Positions 1-11,544 of a stretch of DNA of 64,000 nucleotides are shown here, piece by piece. The DNA is from Psammoneis japonica. Its lineage: Eukaryota. The notes beneath the pieces were generated by a model. It made no database searches, had not been told where the DNA came from, and saw only the letters and a list, made by a program, of their open reading frames with translations. The DNA lies in assembly GCA_008632985.1 (NCBI GenBank), contig QPGO01000075.1, forward strand, positions 250,517 through 314,516, written 5' to 3'. Numbering within the stretch: position 1 is the stretch's first letter; each line of letters starts with the position of its first letter. A program made the position numbers and the translations under genes.

Positions 1-3000
1 CCGCAACAAAGAGGGCTGTTGAGCACTGTTGCATTTGACAGAAATGTGTCGCTGCCCAAAGAACTGACAACTGTCATCCCACACCAACTGAACAAGCTGC
101 CACAGCCTGCTCAAAACATTCTCCTGCACAACAACCTTGATTTTTTCTGTCGCACAACCACACTTTTTTCTTGTTGTTCTTTTTCCACTTGCAGCCACAC
201 CCATCTTTCTTGCACACTAAACCCACAACTTCCCACCAACTCTCACAAAGACAGAAATGATCCTGGTTTTTGTGATCATGACAATTGCACTTCAAACTGT
301 TCTCAATTGCAAGTCATCATGCACTTGCTGGCTTTCTTGAGCTCCAACAGCTGCTGGCAAGCCAGAGTTGGTGGTCAGAGGTGTGGCAAACTGCACTGGG
401 GCAGTTTGCTCTTGCACAGCAGGCTTGCATCTTTTTTGCTTGACCAGAGCCCTTCAGTCATTCTGGCTTTGACCACCTCTTTTTGCTGTGGAAAAGCTCT
501 TTTGCATTTTTCTTTCATTCTCTTCCAACTTTTGCAATGATGTTCATTTTTAATTTTCTCCCTCTTGAATGGCCATGGGTGTTGTTTGCCAAGCATGGCA
601 AAATCAGCATTGATTTTTTATCTGCAACTTCAAGAAAATTGCTGCAGGCACACAGTGGCTGGCTTTGCAAGGCTGCAGACCTCCCCAACTTTGACACACA
701 CAAACAAAGATTTCACATCTCACATGACCCCAAGTCAATGAGGGACAATGCAAGGAACATTGCTGCTCATGATTTCCATTTTAGACAGCAGAGCAGCAAC
801 AGACAGAAAAAACACATGCCAGATGCAAGAAGGTGAGAGCTGCAGCTTCCTCAACCAATGCTGGAGAGAAATCTGGCCCTTCTTGCCTTCAACCCAAACA
901 GAGCCAGTGGGTGCACAAAAAGAGGCAGCTGAGCTGTGGCTTCAACACAGTGTCACCAGCACGTGCAGTTGTCCTTGTGATGAATCTGTGCCAGATCATC
1001 ACAAGTGTCAGTTGTCACAAAGCCATTTTGGCTCCATTTTGCACATCTGCACTTGTGCTGGTGGTGCATCTCATTGTGCCAGCAGTGCCCCAGTTGTTGC
1101 TGCTGATTGCAGCTCTTGGGCTGTCATTGCAATGGAAGAAAAGCTGCAAGCTCTGTTTGGGGCCAGAGGAAGCAGTCATTTGCACAAGGTAAATCAAGGT
1201 GGTGTTTTTGCCAAAAAATGAAAATTGGGTGTGCTGTGCTGTGTCATGTCCATGGGCTCAGCCTTGGGTCCATCAACTCGTGTTTTTTTTCTTCTGTTGT
1301 TGGGCAAAACAGCTGCAAACAAAGGGGCATTTCTCAGTTGTCAATCATCTTCATCACACATGCCTGTTAATTTTCTGACCCACAAAAATGTTTTTTTTAG
1401 CAAGCTTGGTTGGCTGTGCACATGTGTGCATGCAGACGAGCATTGTTGTTTGCTCCACATTGAAGTGTGTCAGTCAATTTGATCTGTGTCTAAAGGAGAC
1501 AGCATTGACTCAAAATCTGTGACATGCAAGAGTTGCTTGTGCGGGGCTTTGGTTGTTCATAAATCAAAAACAACAGCAAGCAAATGTGACTTGAAATTTG
1601 TGGAAAATGAAAGCATGGAGCAGGATGTCTCTTGCTGGGACACATTGTCTCATGCACACACACCTGCCACTTGCCCCTTTTGAGGGCTGGCAAGGCCACA
1701 TGCACAAGGTTGTCAGTGTCCTCTCTCTTGCAAGCTGAGTGAGTGAGAATGGCATGCCAGCTTTTGCACCAAGGCAGCTTGTGAACAGGGCAGCTTCTCA
1801 ACTCTGCAATGTTTTCTGCAAATGTGCTGACAAACAGTGTGCAAAACAACAAAACACACCTGACAGCAGTGCTTCTTTTGGATGACAGGGAAGAAAAACT
1901 TGTGTTGGTCACAAATGAGGGACATTTTGCATTCCCCATGGAGCCTTTTCTCAATGTTGCCCCTTTGTGTGCTGCTGCCATTTCCATTCCGGCGTGCCAC
2001 TCTGTTGGCAGGCACCACATGAATGGGCCAGTTGGCAACACTGTGATGCTCCCTGCCACTCTAGCCAGCTGGGACATGCTCCAGCCTTCGGTGGGATGAT
2101 GCTTTGTGCAATCTTGGGCACACAGAACTGCAGCAAAATTGCTGGGCAATGAACAAGCCAATGGCCAACTTCCAGAATCCCAGCCTTGCACCTGAAGCAA
2201 TCATAATTTCTGGCATGCTCAGCCACTTTGCTCACATGAGGAATCACAAAGTGACTGGCCCAATTGTTTGTTTTTCACCATTTTGATGTGTGGCATGTGG
2301 TGGGGCAAGCAAGCCAAGGAAAGCCAGCCAAGAAGCACACCGGATGCTCCTGCTTTCAATGGGTGAAGAAGATGGGATTGCCCCCTCATGGCTGTGGTGA
2401 GAGCAAACTGAGGGCAAGAAGATTGCACCAGAATTGTCAAAAGATGGGCAAATGAGTGGAAGTGCTGTCAGCTGGAAAGGAGATCAACACAAGGAAGCTG
2501 CGACAATCAGAGGGCAGCCACTTGTTCTGGGGTCATCAAAAACCAGAAAAATGGGCTTGACAGAGCAGGAGAAAGATGACTCTGGTGGGCAAGGGGTCGA
2601 ATTCGGGGCTGTGCCTTTCCCCAGGAGTGTTTGTGGTGCACCTTTTGTTCAAATTTTCATCATTTTCTGCTGAATTGCTGCAGAACTTGTCAACATTTGT
2701 TTGGACCTCTGCCACACCAGGCATTGGCTGGTGTGGGAGAGGGAACACAGAGTGGTGGCAGCAGCAGATGGCCAGAGAAGCTTTCTGGAAATGTGAGTTG
2801 CAGCTTCCTCAGCCATGGCAGGAGCAATGTTGCACACTTGCCTTGGACCCAAACCATGAAAGATTGAGCTCTGTCAGCTTCAACGCTGCTGCAGCACATT
2901 GTCCATCCTTGTGACCCTTTGTCAAGGAAAGATGGGTCACAAATGGTCGTTGCAAAGTCATTTCAGTCCCGTTGTGTTGGTCTCACAAAGTTTGAAGGCC

Positions 3001-3970
3001 ACACAAAGCATGTGGGGCCGGGAAGCAGTCGTTCATGCAATCCTGTGGAAGACAAAGAGAGATCTGCTTTGCTGAATGAGCTCAAGGCACGCATGGCATC
3101 CTCTGACATGCACAAGTTGATCCAAATTGCAGAAACAAAAAGTGTGCAACACTCTGATGCAAATCTTGCACTGTGGCATCATCTCGTCATGACAACTGAT
3201 GCTGCTCCTGAAACAGAGCCATCGACATCCTCTGCTGGTTCTTGCTGCAAGAGCTGGTCCAACAAGTGCTCTCCTTTCAGTTCTGCAAGACTCCAAAAAA
3301 GGGCCAAGGCTGGAAATCAAGTGCTTCCGGTGTTGGCCATTTCTTTGTTGCTGGTGCTGTCCATGATGTTTTTGTTTGCATCCCTGACATCTGACATGTG
3401 ACAGCAAGAATCAGAATCCCCAAGCCATTGTTGCTGGTCTGATCCGTGATGCAACTGTGACAAGTGCCAATGTTTGGTCTGCCCTTTTGGAATTGAATTG
3501 CAGATGCGGCATTGGCATTCACACAATTGTTGGGGCTGGCGCCAACAAGGCAAGGGCAAGGTTGGAGGGGGCAAGGGACAAAGTGACTTGTGCACCTCTT
3601 GAAACAGCAGCAATGCAGAACCCATCCAGCATCTACAAAGGGAATGGGGCTTGCACCAACAGAATTGATCGGCTCCCTGCCTTGCAAGATTGCCAGTGTG
3701 AGTTGCTTTGCCCACAGTTCACTGCCGACAACAGAGCCAGTGTGATTGACGACAACAGAGACATCACAATTGTTGTGGATCTCGATTTGCTTGGACTGCC
3801 TCCCGTGCCTGACATTGTCGACAGCCCAATCTGTCTTTTGGATCCATGGCACCCCCGTGATGTCCTCTGTGCTGCCAGTGTCACTGAGTCATCCAAGGAA
3901 GAGCTTTGGCACTGTGACACCTGTGCCACTGTCCTTCTCCCTGACATGCACCTGCATCCATTGAAGTGCC
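1..3970. other. TpA- and CpG-depleted hypermutated domain I (runs off the left edge; fades out around 3970-4130)
   Basis: Only about a dozen TA dinucleotides seen in ~3.9 kb, and CG is rare. ORF translations are almost Tyr-free and rich in C/H/Q/W. TA and CG return to normal from about 4130. Confidence 0.9.
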
Positions 3971-4323
3971 GGTTAATCAAGTCACACTGTGAAGGAGAAA
4001 ATCCGTCATTGGTTGGGAGTGATGACCAGGATGGGCACTGGACTCAAGGGGACATTATGAGACACTTGACTGATGGGGCTCACGAGGATGAATCTGGAGC
4101 CACGGCTGTCAAATCGTGTTTTGGTGGGATGGCATTGTACAGAGCTCATGTTTGGCTCAGTCCACAGTGTGACTATGGGATGGATTCATCTGCATTTGTT
4201 CGATATGCTAGTGAGGTTGATGGACGGGCTTGTGAGCATATTGTGTTTTACGACTGCCTCGGAAGCCATGGAGCAACATTGGCGATTCAACCCGACCTCG
4301 TCCCACTGTGGAAACGAAATTAA
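3190..4323 (+). pseudogene. CAP59/cryptococcal mannosyltransferase-like glycosyltransferase; 5' two-thirds hypermutated, 3' end intact
   Basis: Hydrophobic anchor VLPVLAISLLLVLSMMFLFASL, then (frameshifted) AIVAGLIRDA, NRIDRL, IVVDLDL, WHCDTCAT (expected form ~WYYDTYA), VKSCFGGMALYR, CEHIVF. Stop/frameshift near 3400. Start position approximate. Confidence 0.65.
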
Positions 4324-4596
4324 GGGGGAAAGTGAAGGTCTTTCTCACAACTTTGTGAATCATCAAGAGTGAGTCTTATTTATTAGTGCACAGACTGAGC
4401 CTGTGTGTAGAGTCCAAGGCTCTTTGTAGATCGATCGAGTGATGAGTTGAGCAATTAGCTGAGGCGGAGGATTTATGTATAGGTCCCGGTCTACAAGTAT
4501 GGGCAATCAAGACGAAGTGTAAAGATGCTAATATCCTTTTTTCAGGTATGCCACTAATACCGTCAATCAAAGTTGTACCAGCCGTAACCGTGTCAT

Positions 4597-5922
4597 CTAT
4601 TCTTCGCCGTCGACCACAGCAACTGGCTGACAATACAACTCTCGAACAGACTTGATTGCGTTGGTATCGACAACCTCGATACCGTACCGGTTGCCGCAGA
4701 CTGTTTGAATATCCTCGATCGCAGAATACGAGGCCTTGTTGCTCGTCTGCCAACAACTACAGACATCTGCGTGGCATTCAATACCGCTACGGACGCAAGG
4801 ACAATCGTCTCCCCAGCAACACGGTTCGTCCTGAGTGACTTGATCCAATAGAGCAATCAATTCTTGTTTGGATAGCTGAGCTTCAGGAAGTTTGTGTCGT
4901 TTCCGCAGTTCGTCCTTGACTTTGCGTTCCGTCATGTTATTTTTCTTCTTTTTCTTCTTCTTAGCGTGATGACATGAGCATCCCTGCTGTTCCGAGCCAC
5001 GAGCATTGCGTATCTGCTCCAACTCGTTACGGACATGGAGTACATCTGTAGAGGTGTAAACGTCGTTGTACTCGTAACTGTCAGCGTTGGAACCCGAGCG
5101 TGGACGTCCGGCATTGGAACTCGATCGTGTACGACCGTGCCATTGAGTTTTCTTCGGGGAATCAGGCTGACTCTTCTTTTTGGACTTTAGTTTTTCAGAA
5201 GCGTCCGTATCCGCATCGTCGGTGCTTTTGCTCGCTTCCAAGAGCAACTCCATTCTAGCTTTCTCCTCCATGATTCCAAACAGAGGATTCTTATGACTCG
5301 TTTGACCCTCGATCCTTCTCTTGTAATCATATTGCCGAGTTTCCAACACTTCTGGAACTGGCTCAGACGGAAACTTTGTTTTGAAACGCTCTTGCAATCG
5401 ACCATGGCGCTCCTGTTCAAACGCATCAATGTCGACCTTCTCGGCGGGAGGTTCGCTCGTGACTGTATCAGTCAAACCCAATGGCCACCCACCATCCGCG
5501 GGAACCACATCGGTTCCTAAACCTCGTTCATATTGACGAACCGAAACATGATCGAACGTAACACCGTGCTTCTTCTTTTTCTTTCGCTTCTTTTTTCGTT
5601 TTTTCTTCTTCTTGGAAGGAGAAGCAGGAGTAACATCGGTGATCTCGTCTGATTCAGGTATTATGATGCTTGTCTCTACTGAAGGCTTGCCACTGAGAGA
5701 CTTATCGGTTATATCGTTTGACTTTGGAATTTTCGAAGCAGATTTTGTTGTTGCTGTAGCATTCTCACGCGACTCTTCTTGCGGGGAAGTGTAATTAGCA
5801 GCGGGCGGAGACGAGCGCTCAGCGCGGATCTTCTGATGTTCGTCGTCATCATCGCTTCCTTCTGAACTGGACGTATCCAACACGAGCAGGTACGAAGCAG
5901 AAGGAGGGGGTATTCCACTCAT
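4597..5922 (-). CDS. CSRNP (cysteine/serine-rich nuclear protein)-like protein
   Basis: Long ORF with a poly-Lys NLS followed by VTFDHVSVRQYERGLGTDVVPADGGWPLGL and a C-terminal Cys cluster (ELEQIR..GCSC..CPCVRSGIECHADVCSC..CGNRYG), resembling the CSRNP domain. ATG at 5922 preferred. Confidence 0.7.
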   Translation of the reverse strand: MSGIPPPSASYLLVLDTSSSEGSDDDDEHQKIRAERSSPPAANYTSPQEESRENATATTKSASKIPKSNDITDKSLSGKPSVETSIIIPESDEITDVTPASPSKKKKKRKKKRKKKKKHGVTFDHVSVRQYERGLGTDVVPADGGWPLGLTDTVTSEPPAEKVDIDAFEQERHGRLQERFKTKFPSEPVPEVLETRQYDYKRRIEGQTSHKNPLFGIMEEKARMELLLEASKSTDDADTDASEKLKSKKKSQPDSPKKTQWHGRTRSSSNAGRPRSGSNADSYEYNDVYTSTDVLHVRNELEQIRNARGSEQQGCSCHHAKKKKKKKNNMTERKVKDELRKRHKLPEAQLSKQELIALLDQVTQDEPCCWGDDCPCVRSGIECHADVCSCWQTSNKASYSAIEDIQTVCGNRYGIEVVDTNAIKSVRELYCQPVAVVDGEE

Positions 5923-6177
5923 TGTATTAGACGATGCTTTCAAGGGATCAACGTGAAGATAACGGATACCGGACAACAATAAGCAATGCCGTCGCCATCT
6001 TCAATTTATTTCCTCCGCGTTCGTTCGAAAATGCTCTGTGCTCTGCCGGCCACGCGCGATACTGCACGCGCGCGATCGATAGCATGCCGACGACCGTGCG
6101 TCAACCGATATCTTTGGGACCGACGATGGACGATGGCACGCAACGCATTGAAAACAGCAGCTGTCTATTCAAACGCC
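5923..6177. promoter_or_regulatory. Probable bidirectional promoter between CSRNP-like and LSM7
   Basis: 255-bp CpG-rich gap between divergent start codons (5922 on -, 6178 on +). Confidence 0.5.
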
Positions 6178-6714
6178 ATGAGTAGCAACAGAGCTTCCGC
6201 TGGTAGAGGAGGTGGTCGTGGAGGCCGTGGAGGTGGCCCACCCAAGAAGGAATCCATTTTGGAATTAGCAAAGCTAATGGATGCGACGGTGCGCGTAAAA
6301 TGTTTGGGCGGCCGTGAACTGCAGGGCACGTTGCGTGGCTATGATGATTTAGTCAATCTGGTACTTGATGATTGTGATGAATTCTTGAGAGGTATGTTGC
6401 AGTGGAATCAGAAGAATATCTAGATTTCGTGTCGATGCGTTGATGCATTATATACCGTACCATAATCTGAGTTCAGATCCATCATGTGATGGATTCTTAT
6501 ACTTTTTCACTCACCATCTCTCTCGCCCGTCTCCAACCCGGTTATAGATCCAGATGATTTGCAACGAGTTACTGATACAACACGAAAACTGGGGCTTGTG
6601 GTCGTACGTGGTACTCAAGTCAGTTTGGTTTCGCCACAAGAAGGTATGGAAGAAATTGCCAATCCGTTTGCTGACCCACAACAAGAAGGCGACGAGGAAC
6701 CGGAAGCTTCATAG
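6178..6714 (+). CDS. LSM7: U6 snRNA-associated Sm-like protein LSm7 (exons 6178-6391, 6548-6714)
   Basis: KKESILELAKLMD..VRVKCLGGRELQGTLRGYDDLVNLVLDDC, GT-AG intron 6392-6547, then RKLGLVVVRGTQVSLVSPQEGMEEIANPF: canonical LSm7. Confidence 0.93.
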
Positions 6715-7353
6715 CTCTGGGGTTTGGGGTAAAGCGAATGACAGTACCTGAGGAATATATCTACGTCATGAATAGAAGAAGACGGTTGATGTTTGCGATA
6801 ATACCAATGTCAGTACGCTCTTTTTCTCAAATGGTAGCTTGTGTGTCTGGTTGGTCCTCTTTCGATGGCGTAACAATCAAACCACGGTTATCTCTCTCTC
6901 TGGTGATATGAATATGCGTTGTCATATATTGCGCCTCTTTTATCACTCCATGATAGGTGGTTCGCTATTGAAGGAATGGATCCTTCACCAATCACTCTTT
7001 AGAGGACAGTCAGTGTTCTGGGATGGACAACCAAGAGCGCCGCCTCGAGAGCATATCACACATGGACGCTGGCTTGAACCAAATAAGCTGAAAGGCAAAA
7101 ACAAACCCAGTGAGAGCGTCTTTCTCGGATTACCAGGATTGTTTCAAACACAGAAGATGATACTAAAGCGCCTCATTGTCTTATGACGATCCCCAATGAC
7201 GGCATCCCAGAAACTCGGTCCCGAACAGTCCATGAAGCATGAGGCCATGACTTGAGCTTTTTGGCAGTGCGGAAGAGCCTCACTGCCACAAAATGTTGTT
7301 CCTGAAACTGTCGCGGGTCGTGGGACCAGAAAGTTTGGTCCCCAAACTAAAGT

Positions 7354-8094
7354 ATGAATTCTCTCGCTTCATCTCCAACCAGGACCTCGACATCATTTCA
7401 TTCAATGGAAAAGACCGCTAATGAACCGATAGGTCAGAAAAGGTGCCGGAAAAGTACCGCCACCGACCTTTCAGGACGTCTGGAGCATCAGAAAGCTGCT
7501 CTTGCAGAGGCTGAGCGGCCTGTAGAAAAGCTGCGTCATGACATTATCAAGACAGAGGCAGAACTGAGAAAAGCCACATTACTCTCCCCTTCAGAAGCGC
7601 CGGTACAGCATGTGTTGGGGAGTCCGGATGTCGTGGTGAATGAGATCTTTGCGTTTCTCTCCATACCTGACCTCGGGCGTTCTGCCGCTGTCTGTCGCGA
7701 GTGGACAAGTTATGCTCGTAAGGAGCAACTCTGGGAAACTAATGCAATGAAACAGTGGCCGCATACTCCGTCCTCTGCCATATCTAACTTTTACAGCTAT
7801 TGCCGAAGTCAGGTTACACAAAAAACTTTCGAAGGGAACCTCGTTTATCCATATCACAACAAGCAGGTGAATAGCATGTATGCCAACGACGACTAATACA
7901 TTATCTACGTGTTACCGAGTATTATGGAACATACGGAGGATGGACAGCAGAGACCTGTATCTCGATGTGTAAAGTTGGACGAGTCTCTAGAAACTCAACA
8001 TGGTAAACAGGATCTCTTTTTGAGGAATCGATCTGTAACTGCCTCGATCGTTGTACACACAAGTCGGACGTTTTACAACCGCCGCTTGAGTTGA
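7354..8094 (+). pseudogene. F-box protein, copy 1 (in-frame TAA at 7894-7896, 3' part truncated)
   Basis: F-box motif VLGSPDVVVNEIFAFLSIPDLGRSAAVCREW..EQLW. Homology to the paralog at 24138 continues past the stop. Confidence 0.7.
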
Positions 8095-8480
8095 TTTGCA
8101 GCATGGATCTTTTTTCAAACTTCACCTCGCTGCATTTTTGTTGCACCAAGACGCTTGGTTTCCACAATTCTCTACTTCATAGGCTGGAACCGAATCCAAT
8201 ATATGTCGTTACACGAGCGAGTTAGCAAAGCTACAGTACAGATTTTCATTTCGATTCCCTATTATAGTCGTGTATTGATAGGCTTTCACGAGCGAGTTAG
8301 CAACGCTACAGTACAGATTTTCATTTCGATTCCCTATTATAGTCGTGTATTGATAGGCTTTCGTTTCCGTAGCGCGATTTGAGTAGTAGCCCAAAGGACA
8401 ATCCAAGCACATGTTGATGTCACTCGTCAAATCCCAGGAAGACCTCAAGAAACATTGCAAGTGTGAAGGGAATGAACAGG
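8095..8480 (-). pseudogene. Degenerate duplicate of the SWEET 3' end and its downstream region
   Basis: Aligns to ~26080-26410 (tttttcaaacttcacctcg, gagttagcaaagctacagta, catttcgattccct, gcccaaaggacaatccaagcacat, gtcaaatccca). Confidence 0.75.
8212..8361. repeat. 75-bp tandem duplication
   Basis: 8212-8286 and 8287-8361 are identical except aaag/aacg. Confidence 0.95.
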
Positions 8481-8612
8481 CGTCGACCTCGCAGCACTGC
8501 ACAAAGCTAATTATATGACCATGTGGCTAGTTTGCAAGTTAAGTCTTAGAGTAGTTAGAGATTAGTTCTTTATAAGATAGGCTTAACTATCCTTTTCCGG
8601 GGGAGTAGGTGC

Positions 8613-10079
8613 TTAGTTACAAAAATGATTGTTGTTGTTGTTGTTGATAAGTATCGGATGAATCAACCCTTTGTGCTCTTGGAAAGACCTAAAATACTTC
8701 AAAGGAGAGTGGTCGGTCAACGTGCCGAGGCAAGCCAAAAGCGGTCGTCTTTCTTGTAGAGATGCACTCTCCATCACAGTGGCAACAATATTTGATGATG
8801 CAACACTGCGTCGCAACCAAACAATCCTCCCAGCTGGAATGGTCAGAGGGGGGGAGCCATTAATGGGCTTCACCTGACACTTGGTGGCCCGCAACACAGC
8901 TTGCACCATTTCTTCCGGTGCTTCCCCAAAGCCGGTGAGGAGCTTTAATATACCCCAGTGTGACATGGTTTGTTGTTCTTGGTTAATAGCCGCAAGGCAT
9001 TTGCTCACGATGCGCCATTGGTGGAGACTGTCCGAAGTGAAACCATCTTGGCAATTTATGAAGGCAGTGATGTGAGGTTGCAAGTCCTGAACAACGTTAA
9101 CCGGATAAAATGGAGGCACAGGGCCAAAGACCACACATCGGACTGGTCGTTTTACCAGCTTCTTGCGGAGTATCATTATTGTCATAAGGATGGCAGCGGA
9201 ACCTCCCATGGAGTGCCCCGTGAGGATGAGTTCATATCCTTCATCTATGGACGAAAAGTCACCAAACGAAGATGATGTAGTGGCCTTTTTCCAAGTCTCT
9301 CGGGCCAAGTCGGTGATCCCACGGTGTGCCTGGCCACCATAGAATGGGACAGAATCCAGCTGCATGAATCTGAAATAATCTGCAATAGTATGACATCCAC
9401 GTACGACTAAAACAATTTGCCGGTGGTGGTGGTCCAGCACAACAGAATGGCTCATGTAGTCTATGTTCCTTTCATGATCCCAGTTACGTACAACAACATC
9501 TGATTCTTTGACGCCAGTTGCGTCACAGAAAACCTGTATCTGTAGTTGACATCGGCGACCCAGGCAGCATTGGAGTACACTGCCGTGCTGCTTGCTTTGA
9601 GCGGCCGATACGGCTTCCAGCCCCGCCACCATTTCACGCCCATAGATGGCACAAGAGTACTTTAGCATGCGAATAGCCTCCTCCCACGTTCCGGGTGTTT
9701 CATCCGTCAGCGAGGGTAGCTGTTCCAGCTTTGCTTCTGCTTCTGGTGAAAAGTGCAAACGCCTATGAATTCTCGCAAGAATCCGTAAGCTGAAGAGCAC
9801 GTTCCAGTGGAACAGACCGTCCTGCACTTCCTCGTAGCATCCAGAACGAACGGCATAGCTACGGATTCCGCGCCAAATTTCAGCGTTCTTCTCCAGCGCA
9901 ACCTCTTGTTGGAACTGATTCCGGAAGAATCGAAAGAAGAACAGGAGATTACATAGAGCGTGAACGATGTGATCGAGCAAACCAAGCCGGTACAGGAGGC
10001 TCTCGGTAGTTGTCAGGAGGGTTTTGCGGCAGAGCCACGTCGCCGGCAGAAGGATGATGAACAGTGCGAGAAGAGACAT
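8613..10079 (-). CDS. Class 3 lipase / diacylglycerol lipase-like protein
   Basis: 488-aa ORF with IVLVVRG, AHRG, LILTGHSMGG (GxSxG), FGPVPP and C-terminal LTDH; hydrophobic N-terminus. Confidence 0.88.
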   Translation of the reverse strand: MSLLALFIILLPATWLCRKTLLTTTESLLYRLGLLDHIVHALCNLLFFFRFFRNQFQQEVALEKNAEIWRGIRSYAVRSGCYEEVQDGLFHWNVLFSLRILARIHRRLHFSPEAEAKLEQLPSLTDETPGTWEEAIRMLKYSCAIYGREMVAGLEAVSAAQSKQHGSVLQCCLGRRCQLQIQVFCDATGVKESDVVVRNWDHERNIDYMSHSVVLDHHHRQIVLVVRGCHTIADYFRFMQLDSVPFYGGQAHRGITDLARETWKKATTSSSFGDFSSIDEGYELILTGHSMGGSAAILMTIMILRKKLVKRPVRCVVFGPVPPFYPVNVVQDLQPHITAFINCQDGFTSDSLHQWRIVSKCLAAINQEQQTMSHWGILKLLTGFGEAPEEMVQAVLRATKCQVKPINGSPPLTIPAGRIVWLRRSVASSNIVATVMESASLQERRPLLACLGTLTDHSPLKYFRSFQEHKGLIHPILINNNNNNHFCN

Positions 10080-10572
10080 TAATCACGTAAAGGGCTTCCC
10101 AGAGTTGATGGCGGTGAAGAGAGACGAGACAGTACGACGACGAAGGCGCGAACCATCATCTGGAACACGCCGTAATATGTTGACTGAAGTGATGATATCG
10201 ATTAAGACACAACTGCTTTGTGATACCGTAGATAGAAGATCGAAGGTCACAGTCAAAGACAAGCCTCGAAAAATTTGAACATGCTAAGGTTAGTCATGTA
10301 TGACGGCGCAATTTTTCGATTTTTTTGAAAAAATGATCGGACTAAATCAGCACTATTCACACATTGATATGTTAATAACTGAAATTACATAACTAAGTCT
10401 GAATATATATATTTTCACAAAGAATTTTCGTGGTTGCGCTGGTTTCGTGTTGCGCCACTTTTTATCTTTTTTATCGTGGAGACTCCATGCATTCTCCAAT
10501 CATTCTATCGGTACCGACCGTGACTTCTCATCATTTATAATTTATAACACAGTTGGATAGTGGCAGCGCGTC

Positions 10573-11400
10573 ATGTCCACCACCACCGCTCATGACGAAC
10601 GCTTTGTGCTGACGGAATGGGAACGCGCTCGCGTCCGGGATCTCAAAGACGAATGCGACAGGCAAGGGGTCGCCCACCGTTCGCTGTTTGAGCTTGCCAA
10701 GTACGTCCTCGTTGTCCAATCGAGCGTCAAGGGACACACCGAAGAGAATGAGAAAAGGAGGCTCTCGCTTGCCTTTGAACGAATCAAGGCTCGACGCGAT
10801 TGGGAAAGAAAAGTGGGAGTTGACAAAATTGACGCCGACAAGGCCCTCCGGAAATGCCCCGAGGTGGCGCCAGGCTTTTTGATTTTCGACTTCGACACCG
10901 ATCTGGAGGGTCGCAACATTATAGCATTTTCAAAGCTCCACACCAATGCCGAGTTCGTCAAAGAGCACAAGGCAGAGTCGTATGCAGCCATGCTTCACTT
11001 GTACGACCTGGCCGTCGCTGACATGTCCGTGGCACGTCGAGGCATTGCGGTAGCCGCGATGGCTCCCGAGGAGAAACAGCAAGACGAGAATATGCCCCCC
11101 AAAACGGGAACCTTGAGTTATGTTCGTTCCATGCTTGCCTTGAAGGACTTGCTGAAGCCCATTCACAATGCAAAAATCAAGTGCATATATTCCGTCGCCC
11201 CCCCTGCTTTGCGTGTTCTGTTTCAGGTGATCCTCAATATTCTTCCGCGAAAGTTGCGCGACCGTCTACAAACTTTTCCCAAGCAGGCTGATCTGGAAAA
11301 GAAGCTCCGTCGCTCCAGAAAGCAGAATCGAACATTGGAGGAATGGATTGCCGAGCAAACAGCCATTTACAATGAGACTGAGGAGAAACTGTCATTGTAA
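10573..11400 (+). CDS. CRAL-TRIO/Sec14-like hypothetical protein
   Basis: 275-aa ORF with normal codon usage; FELAKY..A..RI, DLEGRNI, ARRGI, P..IK..Y..PP..L..ILPRKLRDRL resemble diatom CRAL-TRIO-like proteins. Confidence 0.6.
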   Translation: MSTTTAHDERFVLTEWERARVRDLKDECDRQGVAHRSLFELAKYVLVVQSSVKGHTEENEKRRLSLAFERIKARRDWERKVGVDKIDADKALRKCPEVAPGFLIFDFDTDLEGRNIIAFSKLHTNAEFVKEHKAESYAAMLHLYDLAVADMSVARRGIAVAAMAPEEKQQDENMPPKTGTLSYVRSMLALKDLLKPIHNAKIKCIYSVAPPALRVLFQVILNILPRKLRDRLQTFPKQADLEKKLRRSRKQNRTLEEWIAEQTAIYNETEEKLSL

Positions 11401-11544
11401 ATGGTGCTTTCAGTGTTAGAGGTATTGGAAGGAGCTTTTCAGACGTTCCTTACTTGCAAATGGTGGTTTCAGAGATTTAGGTTGCAGAAGGAGGTTTCTA
11501 TGATGCTTTCCACCTTCAATGAAGATGCTACCACGAGATATGCA

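Noticed and set aside
5986..6177. N-terminal extension of LSm7 shown in the ORF track
   Set aside because: Overlaps the shared promoter region; ATG 6178 gives a normal-length LSm7.
7354..8094. Classical RIP (CpA->TpA) acting on F-box copy 1
   Set aside because: Copy 1 has ordinary TA levels, and the intact SWEET/lipase genes and conserved Tyr motifs show TA is the ancestral state.
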